A DNA stretch of 59,585 nt, counting the filler, from Catajapyx aquilonaris (taxonomy: Eukaryota), in the NCBI GenBank assembly GCA_000934665.2. It is 4 parts of 4 records of this genome, joined end to end, with 100 filler letters (N's around TTAATTAATTAA, not from the genome) between each part and the next. Parts side by side here need not be neighbours in the genome. Positions count along the whole stretch, not along the records: positions 1 to 14,825 come from JYFJ02007675.1; 3 more parts are not named here. One strand, written 5' to 3'. The notes beneath the pieces were generated by a model. That model was not told the DNA's origin, did no database searches, and saw nothing but the letters and a program-made list of their open reading frames with translations. A program made the position numbers and the translations under genes. Of the stretch, positions 1 through 13,499 are shown piece after piece (position 1 is the first letter of the stretch; each line of letters starts with the position of its first letter).

Positions 1-1439
1 TAGAAGCTCTTTATTCGCAGTTGACAGGAGCGAAAGAAAGCAGCTTGATGGTCTCATAATAAATACCGGAGCAAAGAAACTCTGGAAAACGAAAATGTTG
101 GTGGGGGAGTGGGGGATGGTGGTGTGGGATCGAAAAAAGTGGGGGGAATCAAGGTAGAAGGGATTTGGAGCTGGCAGAGCGGCTCCCGGCAAATGCGCGC
201 GGCCAAAATTCGGATGTTTCTGTCGCTCATATCTCGGAAACGGCTGGATAGTGCGAGCTAACACTTTCACCACTGTGTCTATCGCACATGAATGACCCCT
301 CAAGCCAGTTTCAACCAAATCGGAGGTCCTCGACCCTGACCGTTCCCTTGTTAGTTCATCTTTCTTCCATTTTCTGTCAAGAAATGACCATTAAGGTGAG
401 TTGAAGTAAATGGAAAATGCTGGTCCATTTCAATAACAGGGAGGTAAGAATTGCAATAAAATCAATACCAGTACATTTATTGTCCCATATCTCCACAATT
501 TTAATGCAATCATGTCAATTATTGTACCATTGTAAAGGTGATTAACGACAAAAAATTAAGTTTCTTGCGAAATGCGTTACTGTATTTTTACTACTGCACA
601 CCCTTAACCCCTTCACTACCAGCTAGGCCGAAAGCGCCTAGATTTTCGCTTGCGCCTACTCTGAAGATGAAGGCAAAATATTTTACAAATAATAACAGCT
701 ATATTTACCCATTCATGGAAAACACTATGAATGTGTTGTGAACAATATTTCCTCCTCTAGAATTCTCTAAATTAATTTCCAAAAAGACAGCCTTAAAAAC
801 TCGATATTAGAGCACAACCGGCCCACAGTTAGGCTGATTTAATTATGAAATGCGCTAAAATATACGAATCCACAACCTTGACAACCGCGCCACACGAATT
901 TGCTGAAATTGTTGTACATTGCGAGAAATCAATTAATACTTATTTGCAGCTTTTTGACTCTTCAGAAAACTCCCAAATTGAATTGGAGTTTTCCAAAGTG
1001 CAAGCCACAAATTATTACAGTGAAACCTGCCCATTACGGACCCTGGGTATAGCTGAAACCAATCCATTGCGGAATTTTTTAAAGTGAACCATATGCATAG
1101 GCCATAGGGCATGCAATGTATTTTTTGACGGATATTACGGAACCTGCCCAACACGGAAATGGAAAAGATTTTAGTCTCCCTTCAAAGAAAATCCCTGTTC
1201 ATAATGGAAATCAAAAGGTTCACATTATCTCCTGCGAGTCACAAAAATAGAAACTACAGCCGGGTTCACTCCCAACCCTCCCAGTAAGCCTCTGAGTAAC
1301 CCTTTTTGGACAGTCCTTTCACCATACTGTGTCTCCTAATTGCTGGAATGGCCTTGAAGATATTTCGAGACGAAAGGGGGACTATTATTGGTTGGAAAAT
1401 GAAGATGTGGCTTATTGTGGGGGCCCAGAAGATTGTGAC

Positions 1440-2110
1440 TTGTGATTCGTAGGTGCCATGCTTTCAAGTTCACTGTTCAGTCCAGTTTTAAAATGTTGGG
1501 GAAGAGGAAGGGCTTGACAAAGGCTCAATGTATTGCTCGCGTCCGGGTATATGGTCCGAAAGAGCAGGCAAAATTAATAGCCCAAAAACTTGGTATGGCA
1601 AAACTTAGTGTTTCAAATGGGTGGCTGGAAAGAAATACGTAATTGAGTTACGCAAGCAAGGGCCTTGACCACTCTAGGTGATGTTGGTGACTGGGACGCA
1701 TTGGACTTCACATTACCGTATAGTTTGAAACATTACTCTGACTTCCTACTAGATGCAAGAATCTTATCTTCCTCCTCCAGATATTCCTTTTTTCGGTATG
1801 TAACTTCATTCCCAGACCCTGCACCCTATTTGTCGTTACTGACCCCCATTAAAATCACCAGATTAGTGGCAAACCTTAGGCACCTATCACCCAAACTTCC
1901 TTTAATGGGTCGTGCCATCATGCTTGACAATGAAAACAACTGCACTTGGTGTAATCTAAAAGAACCCTACTCTCTCCATCATATACTTAATACAACTGTC
2001 CAATTATCCTTACCCCTCGTAAGCCTTCTTATTTAACATGCCCAACTATCCTCCAGACAAAGAGTTCACTAAAAATGGTCACATTAGGAAATTGCACTGC
2101 ACCTTGCACA
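1440..2110 (+). mobile_element. Degenerate 3' fragment of a non-LTR retrotransposon (LINE) ORF2
   Basis: ORF 1665-2036 ends with RLVANLR...CTWCNLKEPYSLHHIL, resembling the C-terminal CCHC-type knuckle of LINE ORF2. Interrupted by stops/frameshifts. Confidence 0.55.
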
Positions 2111-2376
2111 TCCCCTCCTGTCATCTTGCCCGTGGGCCCGGGCATTTCAAATGAATAGGCTCCAAATGTACCATCATCAAATAAAGGTCCGTGCGATATG
2201 TCCCCAGGTGGGGGGAAAAGCTCATTATGAATATTAAATTTAAATATTACACTATGCAACGTAGTACTTCGCCACATCAAGTTCTGCCCCCCCCCCCCCC
2301 CCCNGCGAGGGAAATGTTGTGATGGTGATGATGATGATGATTCTTAAAAATATATTTCCGTTTTCCATGTACTCAC

Positions 2377-5300
2377 TGCAAATAACTTCATGAGGCATTC
2401 TTTGAGGGCCATGTTGTCCTGGTTCTCTCCTAACATGCTCTCCCTTTCTGCCTCTTCTTCAAGCTTGGACTTGTCTGAATCTTGATGGCAAAAGGGCAGC
2501 TGGAAGTCTAGGACAGTCATGGCAGGTCGTGGCAAGGTCGGGGGGTAGTGGGCCCCTTTGCATGGGATACATCTTAGCTGACCTTGCATCTCACTTAGGC
2601 CAATCATGAAGTAATTGTCAGACTTTCCCTTCAACTGTGAAACAAAAAACATCTTCATTGCACTTTCCTGTTAAAATATCTTTGTGTACAGCTATGACCT
2701 TATGAACAAGATGTTGATGTAAAGATATAAACTGTAGATAAACTGATAGTGCTCTTCAAAAATCAAGACAGGAAACCTTCCCTCAGGGCCGGCCCTAGGT
2801 GGGTGCGGGGAGCAAAACCCCGCCGCAGGGGAATTTTTTGGGGGGTTTCAAGGTTACACGAGCTTAGTTGAACGTGGTAGAGTTGTATTGATGAAATTGG
2901 TAGCACTTTTCCCAAAATAATCATGAATTAGTAATGAATAATTGGGATATTTGGAAGCGCGGGACCTGGCAGTAATTAGGGAGGGAGATCCCACTGCAAG
3001 GGAGAAGCAAGTGCCCCGCTGCACTTATCGAAGGCGAAGGCTCGCACATGTTGTTATCAGATACCACAGGAGGACAACATGCTGGGATTTCTCAGTTTTG
3101 TACAATTCCGTAAGTTGCCCGTTGTCTTCCCAAGCCCGAGGCCTGGGGCAGGGGCCCCTGTTGCCCCCCCCCCCCCCCCCNCTGCCTTCCCTTCACCTTT
3201 ATGAAGCAGTACCATGTAGATATGTCAAAACTTTGCTTTCAAAATTGAACACTTGTCATGGTCTTCTTGGCATTTTGTCGTTAATCTGACAAAAGGGCGA
3301 ATTCAAAATTTTTGATCTGCCAGCACCATCAAGTGTTGCGTCACATTCTGGCAAAAAGGTGACTATTGTGCAAAACGTAGGACTGAATGAATTTGCCTAG
3401 TTCCTTTGTAATATTTAGGGGGGTTCCTCTTTCAGAGCATGCTGAATATGGGATTGGTCACACTCTATGCTCTGTGCAACAGATGACCTGGCATATTTGC
3501 ACAGCCCTGTACTTGCACATTTTTCACCATAACATTATTTTAGTACAGAACCAGATGCATTCAAAAAAATTTGACAAGGATCAAAATTATGGAAATCTGC
3601 CTCAGTTATTGTGGCATGCCGGCCACCCCCAGGTTATACCGGCATGCCGCTTTAAGTGAGGTAATACGGTATTATTATGCTGTGTAATCTATCCTTTCAG
3701 AAGAAGTAACTCACATTGGCCCTGGTGTTGCAAATTGGGATCCACATTCCTGATGTATCCATCAAATATACATATCCAATTGAGTCCATGATGCAAGGGG
3801 ATCCTTCATCTGAGAAGCCCGCCCAGGACAGAGTTGAACTAGGCATCAGTGGCAAGGGGTTGGACGACATCTGACGTATTCGCTTGTTCAAGTCAGCAAC
3901 CAGTAACTGATAGCTGAGACGCTGCCCACCAGACGAATCTTGAAATTAGATATAAAATTAAATCATAACCTCAGAATGTAAGTTCAACATTCAGGAAGTG
4001 TGACACATGCCTTGCAAAATTTTAGTACAACCTCTGAGGATGCCTCAATTGTTTCACGGCTCTTTTGTGTTATCAAAAGTACCCAGTATTTGTTCTTGGT
4101 CAGACAGTGAATGGAAGACTCCCGTCAGGCCCTTAATTGCATTTAATATTTGTGATTACAAGGTGCTACCCAACAGTTCGTGAACTGATTTTTTCCTAAA
4201 AAATTAGCTTACCACACACCTTATTTTCCTCCATCACCTTTGAAGTAGTCCCCTTTGGAACCTAAATACCGATCCCAGTGCTCTTCCCACGATTTAAATG
4301 CTTAATGGAAGTAATTTTTTGTTGGGCCTCTCAGCACAGCCTGCAATTCTTCGTGGACCTGGTTTACAGAGTCAAATCTTCTTTTCAGCTTAATTTTCAT
4401 TTTCGGGAAGAGGAAGAAGTCACAGGGAGCTAAAGCTGGTGAAAAGGGTGGGTGAGGGACAACCATCATGTTGTGGGGCGCCAAAAACTGATGTGCGGCA
4501 AACGCAGCATGAGCCGGTGAGTTGTCATGATGTTGTTCTCGCGCCACTTCATGAGATGTTTCCTTCAAATGCCCACCCTCAGACGCCTTTTTTGCCAGAT
4601 TTAGCTCCTTGGGATTTCTTCCTCTTCCAGAAAATGAAAATTAAGCTGAAAGGAAGAAGATTTGATAATAATTTCAGTTATTTCACGCACTCTCTATGGG
4701 GTTGTGCTCGTCAAACGTTGTCCAGAAAAATCGTCATCTTCAGTTGAAATGCGGCCATCTTTGAACTGATTATACCATTTGTATGCCCCTAAATCATTGT
4801 CACTGAATGCATCTTGTAGCATCTTGTGAGTTTGCAGCACTTTTGCCAAGTTTGAAACAAAATTTCCTGTCCTCTCAGGTCATCCATTTTCACCCCCGAT
4901 GGAATCACAGACCGCACCAAACACGACACTACAAAACCACCCACAGAAACTGATCCATTCAACCTCAGATGCTGCCACATGGCAGAGCAGTTCAGAAAGG
5001 TCACCTCAAGGCTCCAGCACTATCTAGAGTGGTAGCGACAAATCATATGCAGTTCAAAAGTATTGGCGTCAGTTCACGAACTTTTGGGTAGCACCTCGTA
5101 TGCTCGAGGTTCCACTGGTGTCCAATTTTTTGCAGGCTAGACCCTCTGAAGTGGCCACAAAGATGGTCCATTGTCACCCCATTCAATCTAATGGAATTAG
5201 CTTATATTTTTTACCCCCCTAAGGCTATGTTGCATATCATTATTAATCATTGGGCAACAAAGCATAACACTGGTAACCCTGCGGTTCCAAACAAAATGTC

Positions 5301-8300
5301 TGACAGTCCTGATTTGAAATGGTGACAACTACATTATCTTACTGGAATTTCCCTATGTTTATAAGAAAAAAATGATAATTTTCCATTTAAAATATGCAAC
5401 TCTTAGCTACAAAATGGGATGGTTCAGATGGTCTCCAATTACCCCAACCGCAAAAACCAAAAGCTGCATATTGTTATAAGGCCCTGGCAACTTGGCACTG
5501 GCCAAAGTGAGAAAGGGATGGGATCATCTGACAGTGATGAGGGTGGTGGCCATCTGAACCATCCCAATGTGCTGATGTTTCTATCCAGATTGAGCCCTTT
5601 TCTGCAACTCACCAAACCCTGAATGATACACCACCAGCAGCTTCTCTCTTCCACCTGCTAAACAGACAACTGGACCTGGCAAGGCCACCACATGCCTCTG
5701 GATCCCTCCTACACTGAACATCCTCAAAAAGTTGAATGACGTAGCTGCTACAACAAACCCACTACCAGCTGCCACTGCCACCACATCCTCATCACAGCTC
5801 ATGTCAATGGACCACTCCCCACTTGAGTCCCAAAGGCCAAAATGCATACAAGTCAATTTGCTAGGGCCATCTTCCCCCTTCTCACAGGCTAATATAAGAG
5901 CCTGAGAGCTCAATGATGCCATTGTGTGGCCAAAAATGTTGCTGATATGTATGGAATGATGAAGTGATGTATCATGAAATTCCACGTCAATTGATGATGA
6001 CAATGATGAATCGTCGTTTGTGCAACGAACCATTCCAACATCATTCCACACCATGAAACGATGTGAAAGCTGCACAGGTGTAGAACCAGGTTGAAAGGCT
6101 GGTTGTACCATTGGCTTAGGAAGGTAGGTTGGTACTGTTGCATGTGTCGAGGCATCCTCCACAACACTGCGCACATCTTCCACAACACTACATGTATCTT
6201 CCCGTTCAGAATCCTCGATGCCACCTAAAAAATTGGAATCATCGTCTGGAAATCCAGCTTCTGCCTTAATCTGTGATATCGATATTGCGTTGGAGTCATC
6301 ATCTTCTGGAGTGACACTGGCTTGCTCCTGTGTCACCCTGGCCTGGTCCAGCTCATCCTGGGTGACCACCCACAGATCACCTTTATTATTACAATAGGCC
6401 AATTCCTTTTCACTGGTGTCTTGCAGCCAAGCCATGGACCAGATCGGCTGATTCTGCTCATGAGGACGAGTGAAAATGAGAACTCGAGCATGTGCGTTCC
6501 AGATGCTCACATTGCATAAAGTGGTACACGTGGCGATGTATGATCCGCATGGTGAGTAAACAGCAATTGAAACAAGCTGGAAATACAGGATTCAGTATTA
6601 GAGTAGTAAGGAGGTGGGAATTCATTATGATATTCCAAAAAATCCCTTCATAATAATTTGAGTCATATTATACATAGAATTTAAAATGTACAAGGGGTTA
6701 CAATATTTCATTGTGTGAAGCAGAAATGCAAGATGTATGGCAAAGAATACAGTACAGTTGAATCAGGATATAACAGCCTTGGTTCTAACAGACTTTCGGT
6801 AATAACAGGCTCGAAAGGCCAGTCCTGGCATAGTTCCATACTGGTTCTATAAGCCCTGTGTTTTTTTACTCCTGATAAAAGAGATTAATTTTTCACCTCA
6901 TCTCGGGTATAACGGACCATGTCTTGGCCTCTCGGTGGGTAAATATGCTACTTTTGATTACTCAGCTTCCTTTCCCATACAAGGAAAGCACTCTATACTG
7001 GAGTGGGTTGATTTTCCCTCATCTGTCACTGATCTAAGTTTCCTACTCGCAAGTTTTGTACCTCAAGGTTGAGGCACACGTATGCTCTGTTCAATATTTC
7101 GCGGGTCATTGAGCTGACCTTGCTCCCCAGGCTTGGGCACACTATACCAGAGCCTATTCCTGAGTCAGGTAGTTCAGACGAAGGCGGCCAAGATCTCCCC
7201 TGAGTTCATCATACGCATGATGTAAATCCCAAAGGTGTTTCTTCATATTCAAGAAGGGATGGAAAGAGGGACAGGCCTAGAGAATAGTGCGGGTGAAGTC
7301 TTCAAACTTACAGGGTAAAATAACATAGCAAATACTGCACCTTTTATTACATGCACAGGACAACACCTAGTTGTGACAGTAAGTAAATGAAAATAACGAA
7401 ACTAAGGGGCAGTGAATTTTCATGTGCCATGAAATACAGTGAAATTGCATACTTCGCAGAATTTGACACATGCCTTGTATCTAAATTACTGTGTGGCAAG
7501 GTTGACAAAAACATTATTAATGCTGATAAGACAGGGGTTGGATACTTCCCAACAGCAAGGGAGAAAAAGAATCACTTGGTGAGGCTTGAATGCTTTCCCA
7601 CAAAGTAATATGGTTTCTGTAAGCACTTTCACTTTTCTATCACTAAAATGAAATAATTAATTCCTAACAATAGCAGGTTGCACCAATTAAGACAAATAAA
7701 TTTAACGGATGGCATGAATGATGGTGAATATGAAATGGCACCGAACCTATTTCGGTAAATGAACTTTAGATGACAGAAATGATATGCCAAATTAAGAGTT
7801 CATGAATGTCTTCTTGGCCATACTCGCATGCACTTCCACCTTTCCCTTTTGCTTCTATTTTTTGTCTAATTGCTAATTTCACCAACCTCACTTGTGTCCT
7901 TCCCTCTGAGAACCCCTGTCTCAACCCAAGTCCCTCTCTTGAGAAGCTTCACATCACTGCCATAAGGCAGGGCAAGAATGTCCCCATTACGGGGTTGCCA
8001 GGTCATTCTTCCAAGGACCTTGGCTGATATATACTCATTGCACCGCATTCTATCCAAGGTCCAGTTCATAACCCTCTTCTGAGTTGCGAGGCTCCAGATA
8101 CAACTTAACCCATCAGCACCAGATGTCCCCACATATTCTTCTTCAGGGTCCAGGGATATACTCAGAACTGGGCCCTCGTGACCAATGAAGTCTCGAATCT
8201 CGTGAGTCCTCAAGATTACTACTTTGGCTGTCATGTCTCTGGTGTTCAAAAAAAGACAATGCAAGAAAAGAAGTATTATTAACTCCTATTGCAATGAAAT

Positions 8301-10134
8301 CACTTGTCAACTATTAACCCTCTCACGACCGGTGTCGGACAAAAAAAAAACTGCTGACATTGCAAAATGTTTGGAAATTTTTTGCAGAACTTCTACAGGG
8401 TGTTTCAGAGTCACGGGTCAAGCGCGCACGAGGGGCTGGGGAAAAATCGTAGGTGGCGACAACCCCGGTCGGTTTCACAAAACAATTTGAAATATGGCAG
8501 TAATATGTTTATTTATTGCGGCCTTAAGGCGTGACGTCACATCCTTTCTGTTCGAATTGACTGGCATGGACTGGCAGGTGCAGTAGTGGGTTGAATCTGG
8601 TTGAACGGCTTTTAAGCCTTGCGGGTTGCACTGAAAAAGGCGCTCTCCTGCTATACCGGCAGGGTACTGTACACACTACTGTACAGTACAGTACGCTACC
8701 GGTATAGCAGGAGAGCGCCTTTTCCAGTGCAACCCGCAAGGCTAAAAAGCCGTTCAACCAGGTTCAACCCACTATTGCACCTGCCAGTCCGCGCCAGTCA
8801 ATTTGAACAGAAAGTATGCGACCTCACGCCATACAGCCGTAATAAATAAATTTATTACTGCCGTATTTCAACTTGTTTTATAAAATCAACCAGGGTTGTC
8901 GCCACCTACGATTTTTCCCCACCCCCTCGCACGCACTTGACCCGTGACTCTGAAACACCCTGCATAAGGCGTAAATGTGTGCGGTTTTGACAAATTCACA
9001 AGCAAAACATGCAGAACTCCCCACAAGAATTACATGTTCGAGAAGTTCTATGTGTAATGATAGCGATTGTATGAAGCTTAGCTCAATTCTGTGAATTTAG
9101 CAATTAATTAGATTGGTATCTAAGCAATATTTTGCATAGAATCATTCTTTGCACCTGTATACTTCACCGCTACTTTTTTCGACCCCCAAGTAGATGCGTA
9201 GAAATAGTTATAGCTATTATGCTACACAAGCATGGCCTAGACTGTGGGAGCAGGGCAGTAGATCTGGCGGGAGCAGCTTTCAATGCGGTTCGAATGATAT
9301 AGGTGGCATGGGGCTAACACGTCACGTTGATGAGATATAGATTTTTTTCTACGATTACGTCATGCATGAGTCATTGACAAGTCATGCAGGGGGATGCGTC
9401 GGTGGTGAAAGGGTTAAATTATTCCATGTATATGATGGAAGATACACAAATGCAAAAAAAAGGGGGGATGGAGGAGGGAAACGCCAGCACAAACTGGCAC
9501 AGCTCAAGACAGAAGACCTCGCAGAAGACCTCCTTGTGGAGGTACCCAACTTTGCAATGCCAAAACAGAGAACATAAGGTAATTTCATCTAGACAGCAAA
9601 AAGTGACATCCCCTTGGCAACATAAAATTCATTGTCTGTGATAAAATTATTGTTGGGCAATTCAAGCACCCAATTCTTTTGTGGCAAGCTTTCTGATAGA
9701 ATCCTTTCTTCAGATTGGAAGAATGCATTCCATAGTGAAAATGTCAAACTAGTTGGTAGTACTAACTCAGAGGCTGCAGCAAGGAGTTTCCCATTAGCTC
9801 CAAGTGTCAGGTGGGTGATCCCTTCTGTAAACCTGGTAACCATTCCAGCTTCCTTTCCTTCAGGAAAGATGTACTCTAGCACTTGGTTCATATCCATTCC
9901 CACTGCTAGCCTCACGTCACTAGCAGTCTGACTGGGAAGGCAAGTAAGTGCAGATGCCCTATCTCCAACAGAAAATGAGACAGGATAGGCATCTGTTTCT
10001 TTCCTATTCCAACCCCTGACCTCTCCATCATTCCAACCACAGGTCAGGATCCAATGCCCATCAAGAGAGTAACATACACTGGTGGGGCCACCATCAGCAT
10101 GAGCAAAGCGGCGGTTGCGATCGGCTGACTTCAT
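2377..10134 (-). CDS. WDHD1: WD repeat and HMG-box DNA-binding protein 1 (AND-1/Ctf4), 3'-partial; exons 10134-9767, 8238-7887, 6576-5613, 3938-3715, 2634-2377
   Basis: N-terminal WD40 repeats (MKSADRNRRFAHADGGPTSVC; GHEGPVLSISLDPEEEY), SepB-region motifs QPAFQPGSTP, RFMVWNDVG, VEFHD and CKGAHYPPTLPRP. GT-AG junctions keep the frame. The C-terminal exons are not in the window. Confidence 0.93.
4159..5098 (-). mobile_element. Defective mariner (D,D34D) transposon with intact TIRs, in a WDHD1 intron
   Basis: TA|CAAGGTGCTACCCAACAGTTCGTGAACTGA ... TCAGTTCACGAACTTTTGGGTAGCACCTCG|TA. Transposase motifs HHDNSPAH and PHPPFSPALAPCDFFLFPKMK. Confidence 0.88.
8318..9413. mobile_element. Non-autonomous piggyBac-like element
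   Basis: TTAA|CCCTCTCACGACCG ... CGGTGGTGAAAGGG|TTAA: imperfect TIRs with TTAA on both sides. Confidence 0.7.
8396..8962. mobile_element. Foldback (near-fully palindromic) Tc1/mariner-type MITE nested in the piggyBac-like element
   Basis: TA|CAGGGTGTTTCAGAGTCACGGGTCAAG ... CTTGACCCGTGACTCTGAAACACCCTG. The arms pair to a short central loop near 8665-8695. Confidence 0.85.
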
Positions 10135-10192
10135 TTGAGCTGAAAATAATTTCATTTGCATTAAATATATTGCTAGTTAGCCGCATGCATAT

Positions 10193-10440
10193 GAAGACGT
10201 CACTTGCCAAAGGGCCAAACTCCAAAATTTTGAAAAACCGTTTTATTGCGGAGTCCTACTCTTGGAGTCGGGCCTCACAGCCCTGGTGAAGATGAAGGGC
10301 CCAAGTCAACCAGAACTGCCTTAAAATTGAATCATACACTACAAAACTCAATTTGGAGAAAAGAAGCATACATGCAGTTTTCTCTCTCTCCTGAAAACTT
10401 TCACCTTGTGGAGTTGGGCCCTTTGGCAAGTGACATCTTC
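10193..10440. mobile_element. MITE, family uncertain
   Basis: TIRs GAAGACGTCACTTGCCAAAGGGCCAAACTCCA / TGGAGTTGGGCCCTTTGGCAAGTGACATCTTC, flanked by ATAT/AAAT. Confidence 0.75.
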
Positions 10441-11758
10441 AAATGTAAACAAGTAACTCAGAAACTCTGCTCCCTAACAGTTACTTCAGGGCCAATTACA
10501 CTGCTTAGACATGCAACTCAAGATTTAGACACACCTCAGCAGCAAGTTTTAGCAGTCTGGCTGTGAGCATCTGCTTGCAGGTAACCTTGAGGAGTTGCTC
10601 TATAAGTCCCAGATACTGGTTTGGGATCTATTTCTCACGATACTACAGTAGCTACCTGATACCTCTACAACAGTCAGTCACCTTGAGACTCCTCCTAACA
10701 GTTTTCATAACAGACTTTCATGGTCTCGCCAATGCTACTAAATCCGTGTTGCTCAAGAGAAGTAGGGATGGAATAACAGATTGGTGGGGGAGGCAACAGG
10801 GCAGGCCTGAATCCTGCCTGGGATAATGGACTGGTAAAGAGTTACTGGGCAGCTAAGACTGTAGACCAGGAACTCACCTAAATGCCATTGAAATTGTGAG
10901 TTGCCCATGTAATGGTGCCCCTTAAGGCCATTACTCGAGGCCCTGAACCTATCCTCTTTTTTACTGCAGCTGCAATACCTCCTGAGACAAGTGTGCAAGA
11001 ATCAAGGCTCTTGCATGAGTGAATAGGTGAACATGCGAGAGGAGAGAAGGGTGATTGATGGGGGTATTGTATAATTTTGGTGTTCCAAAAAAAAAATTTA
11101 TTTCAACTTGTTGTTCATATCCCCAAACCCCATGTTTTGCTGAAGGCTTCAATGCACCATATTGTCATGGACAGTTGCATTTTGTCTCTTGCGGCATCAA
11201 AGAATTTCCAAGATATGTCAGAGGAGATTATTTCATGCATGACTAGGGCCAGAATCATGTGAAATCCAGTGATGAACACTTTGGGTTGGAAATACTGTGC
11301 CTCACAACAAAATAGTGGACCTAGTACTGGTCCAGGTCTGGTATATTTGGTGCTGTGTAATTAATACCAATAATGTCTGTTCAGTCTTGTTTTTTTAAAA
11401 AAAAAATCCAAACTCAAACAGCTCCATGTGAGCCTAAGTATAAACCTCATTGATGTTGTCTGAATTACTGCTGCACTGCTTTCATGCAACCGCATAAGTC
11501 TCAACTTGTGCTCCTCAGGCTGTAACTTACACCAGCTGCCTGAACGTGTTACAGACAGCAGCATAACCACACAACATACCAGCAAACACAGGGTCTGTGG
11601 TAGAAGAATGCGCGGGCTCCAGCTGCCTCTACTTGGAAGAAACCAAGATCCAATTTGGACCGTCCAAAGTAGCCTCAGTCTCGTACTGGTGCCGCAAACC
11701 AAAAGCGGGGTGAAGGGAAGCAATCAAGCAACGAGCGAATCTGTTATGTGGCCCGGAT

Positions 11759-11768
11759 GGCGCCAAAA
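11759..11768 (-). promoter_or_regulatory. E2F-type site (TTTTGGCGCC) in the probable WDHD1 promoter
   Basis: Matches TTTSSCGC in a CpG-rich patch upstream of putative 5'UTR exons (e.g. an AG/GT-bounded exon at ~10878-10982). Confidence 0.5.
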
Positions 11769-12767
11769 TATGCACAATGGCGGAGTCGCGGAGAATTATC
11801 AAAGGCGCCGTTAGTGTAAAAAGGTTCCCCCAAAAAATAGTGCTTGGACTTCCTCTCGCTAGATGAAAGGAAAGATGATAAACTGTGATAAACACATTAG
11901 ACGTGCATTATACAAATATATGGGACGACTATTACATGTCACACTTTAAATATGAAATGATGCATTTAAAAATGTATTATTTTCCAATTTGGTGCATTGC
12001 AGCATCATCAAAGCTGAGCATCATTGCCGTGATCATTGCAGTTTCAAGTGGCGCTGTACGCAGAGATGGGGGGAAGGTACACTAGCTATGAGTTGTCTGA
12101 TAATATATTCTCCTATCTATAGATTGTGGTAGGACGGACGGCCAAAGTTAAAATGACTACTTTGTCGTAAGACCCCTAGATGGCGGGTGAATGCCAATAC
12201 ACATACACTCGCACTCCGAACTCGTCGAGCCAAATTCAAACCTCATAATCGCTCACAATAGGTGCACATTGGCGTCGTTGACTTTGTCCTTGAATTGCTT
12301 CTGGCACCCACCAATCTGAATGAGCCGCGATTGTCCTTGCCGTTGCATGGCCAGACCTAAGGGCCAGACCTGATTGGTGGGTGCCAATATCAACAGTCCA
12401 GACGATGGGGCATGACGGCGTAGTGGTTAGTGCCACAGCCTCTTTCACGGTCGCAGTGCCCAATTCCGCGGTCTGACAGAGGAGCTCCTCATATAGTTTC
12501 GACGATGAGTTCGAGAGGGTTTTCTAGGTTCTCCTGTTTTTTCCCCCCCCACAATTAATATATGATGAGCGGTTTTATTTTTATTTACCTCGATCCTGTA
12601 TGAGGATTGCGAGGAAAACATGCTGATAAAGTTGTTGTTATTTTGCAGTATAAATAAATAACCTCCACGATAATGGGGGGGAAAAGCAGAACTCGCGAGA
12701 ACGTACCGGTACCTTATTTATATCTAAATTACTTAATGACAGTATAGGAATCGGTAACCGAAGCAGG

Positions 12768-12960
12768 TTGCGGCATGGCGGATAAGGCGTCCGACTGCTA
12801 ATCGGGAGGTCCTGGGTTCGAATCCCGTGGCCGACGATCCTGAATGTGGTTTTCCACGGTCTTCCTAGGATAATTCCGGGGTCGCTTCCGTATAATAGGC
12901 CACAGCCGCTTCCTTCCTTCCCTATCCTTAGAGGTTGAAGAGGCAATGCCGGGCCAACCT
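12768..12960 (+). mobile_element. tRNA-derived SINE (family A)
   Basis: A/B-box head (TGGCGGATAAGG...GGTTCGAATCC) with CTGCTAA loop. The body AATAGGCCACAGCCGCTTCCTTCC is shared with the copy at 31165-31345. Confidence 0.75.
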
Positions 12961-13499
12961 CCCTAATATCAATAATTATAAAGTGCATTTGTGATGTATA
13001 AGGGCCGTCCGACAATTACTGGCAACGCTGTTACCACTCATCATCGGCACCCGTAGCTGCTAGGACCGAATGTGGATAGTACCTTTATAGAGTCAACCCT
13101 GGGGAACCCCACGGTATACCATTTGCGAAGCGTTTGCAGCAGTGTGTGCAGAGCAGTGCCTGTTCAACGTGTACCCCATCCACTTGAGTGCCCTAAGACA
13201 GCCCTGCTTTTTTGTTGCACGTGGAAAATCTGCCAGACAGCCCCATCAAGGTCTTGTGAAGGCATGTGGTACCTCTGCCCTCCCTTATCATATATATACC
13301 ATTGCAAGGTGGGTACAAAGCTTATAAGAAAACCTGTAACAGACCCGACCCATGTCACAGCTGTGACAACTCTGTTGGATATACGAATAGATTGGCGATG
13401 GACCTGCATGGAATTGGCATGGGAAATTGGAAAACAGCATCAATATCATAATTGCAACATCGTCATCTCCGCCAAGAAATTCGCCTTAAGAGGAAGGAT

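Noticed and set aside
8524..8849. Two near-identical ORFs on opposite strands
   Set aside because: A by-product of the palindromic MITE, not genes.
11361..11895. Separate small protein-coding gene upstream of WDHD1
   Set aside because: No recognisable product; better explained as the WDHD1 promoter and 5'UTR exons.
12768..12845. Possible tRNA-Ser(GCT) gene
   Set aside because: No proper acceptor stem or long variable arm. It continues into a body shared with 31165-31345, so it is a SINE head.
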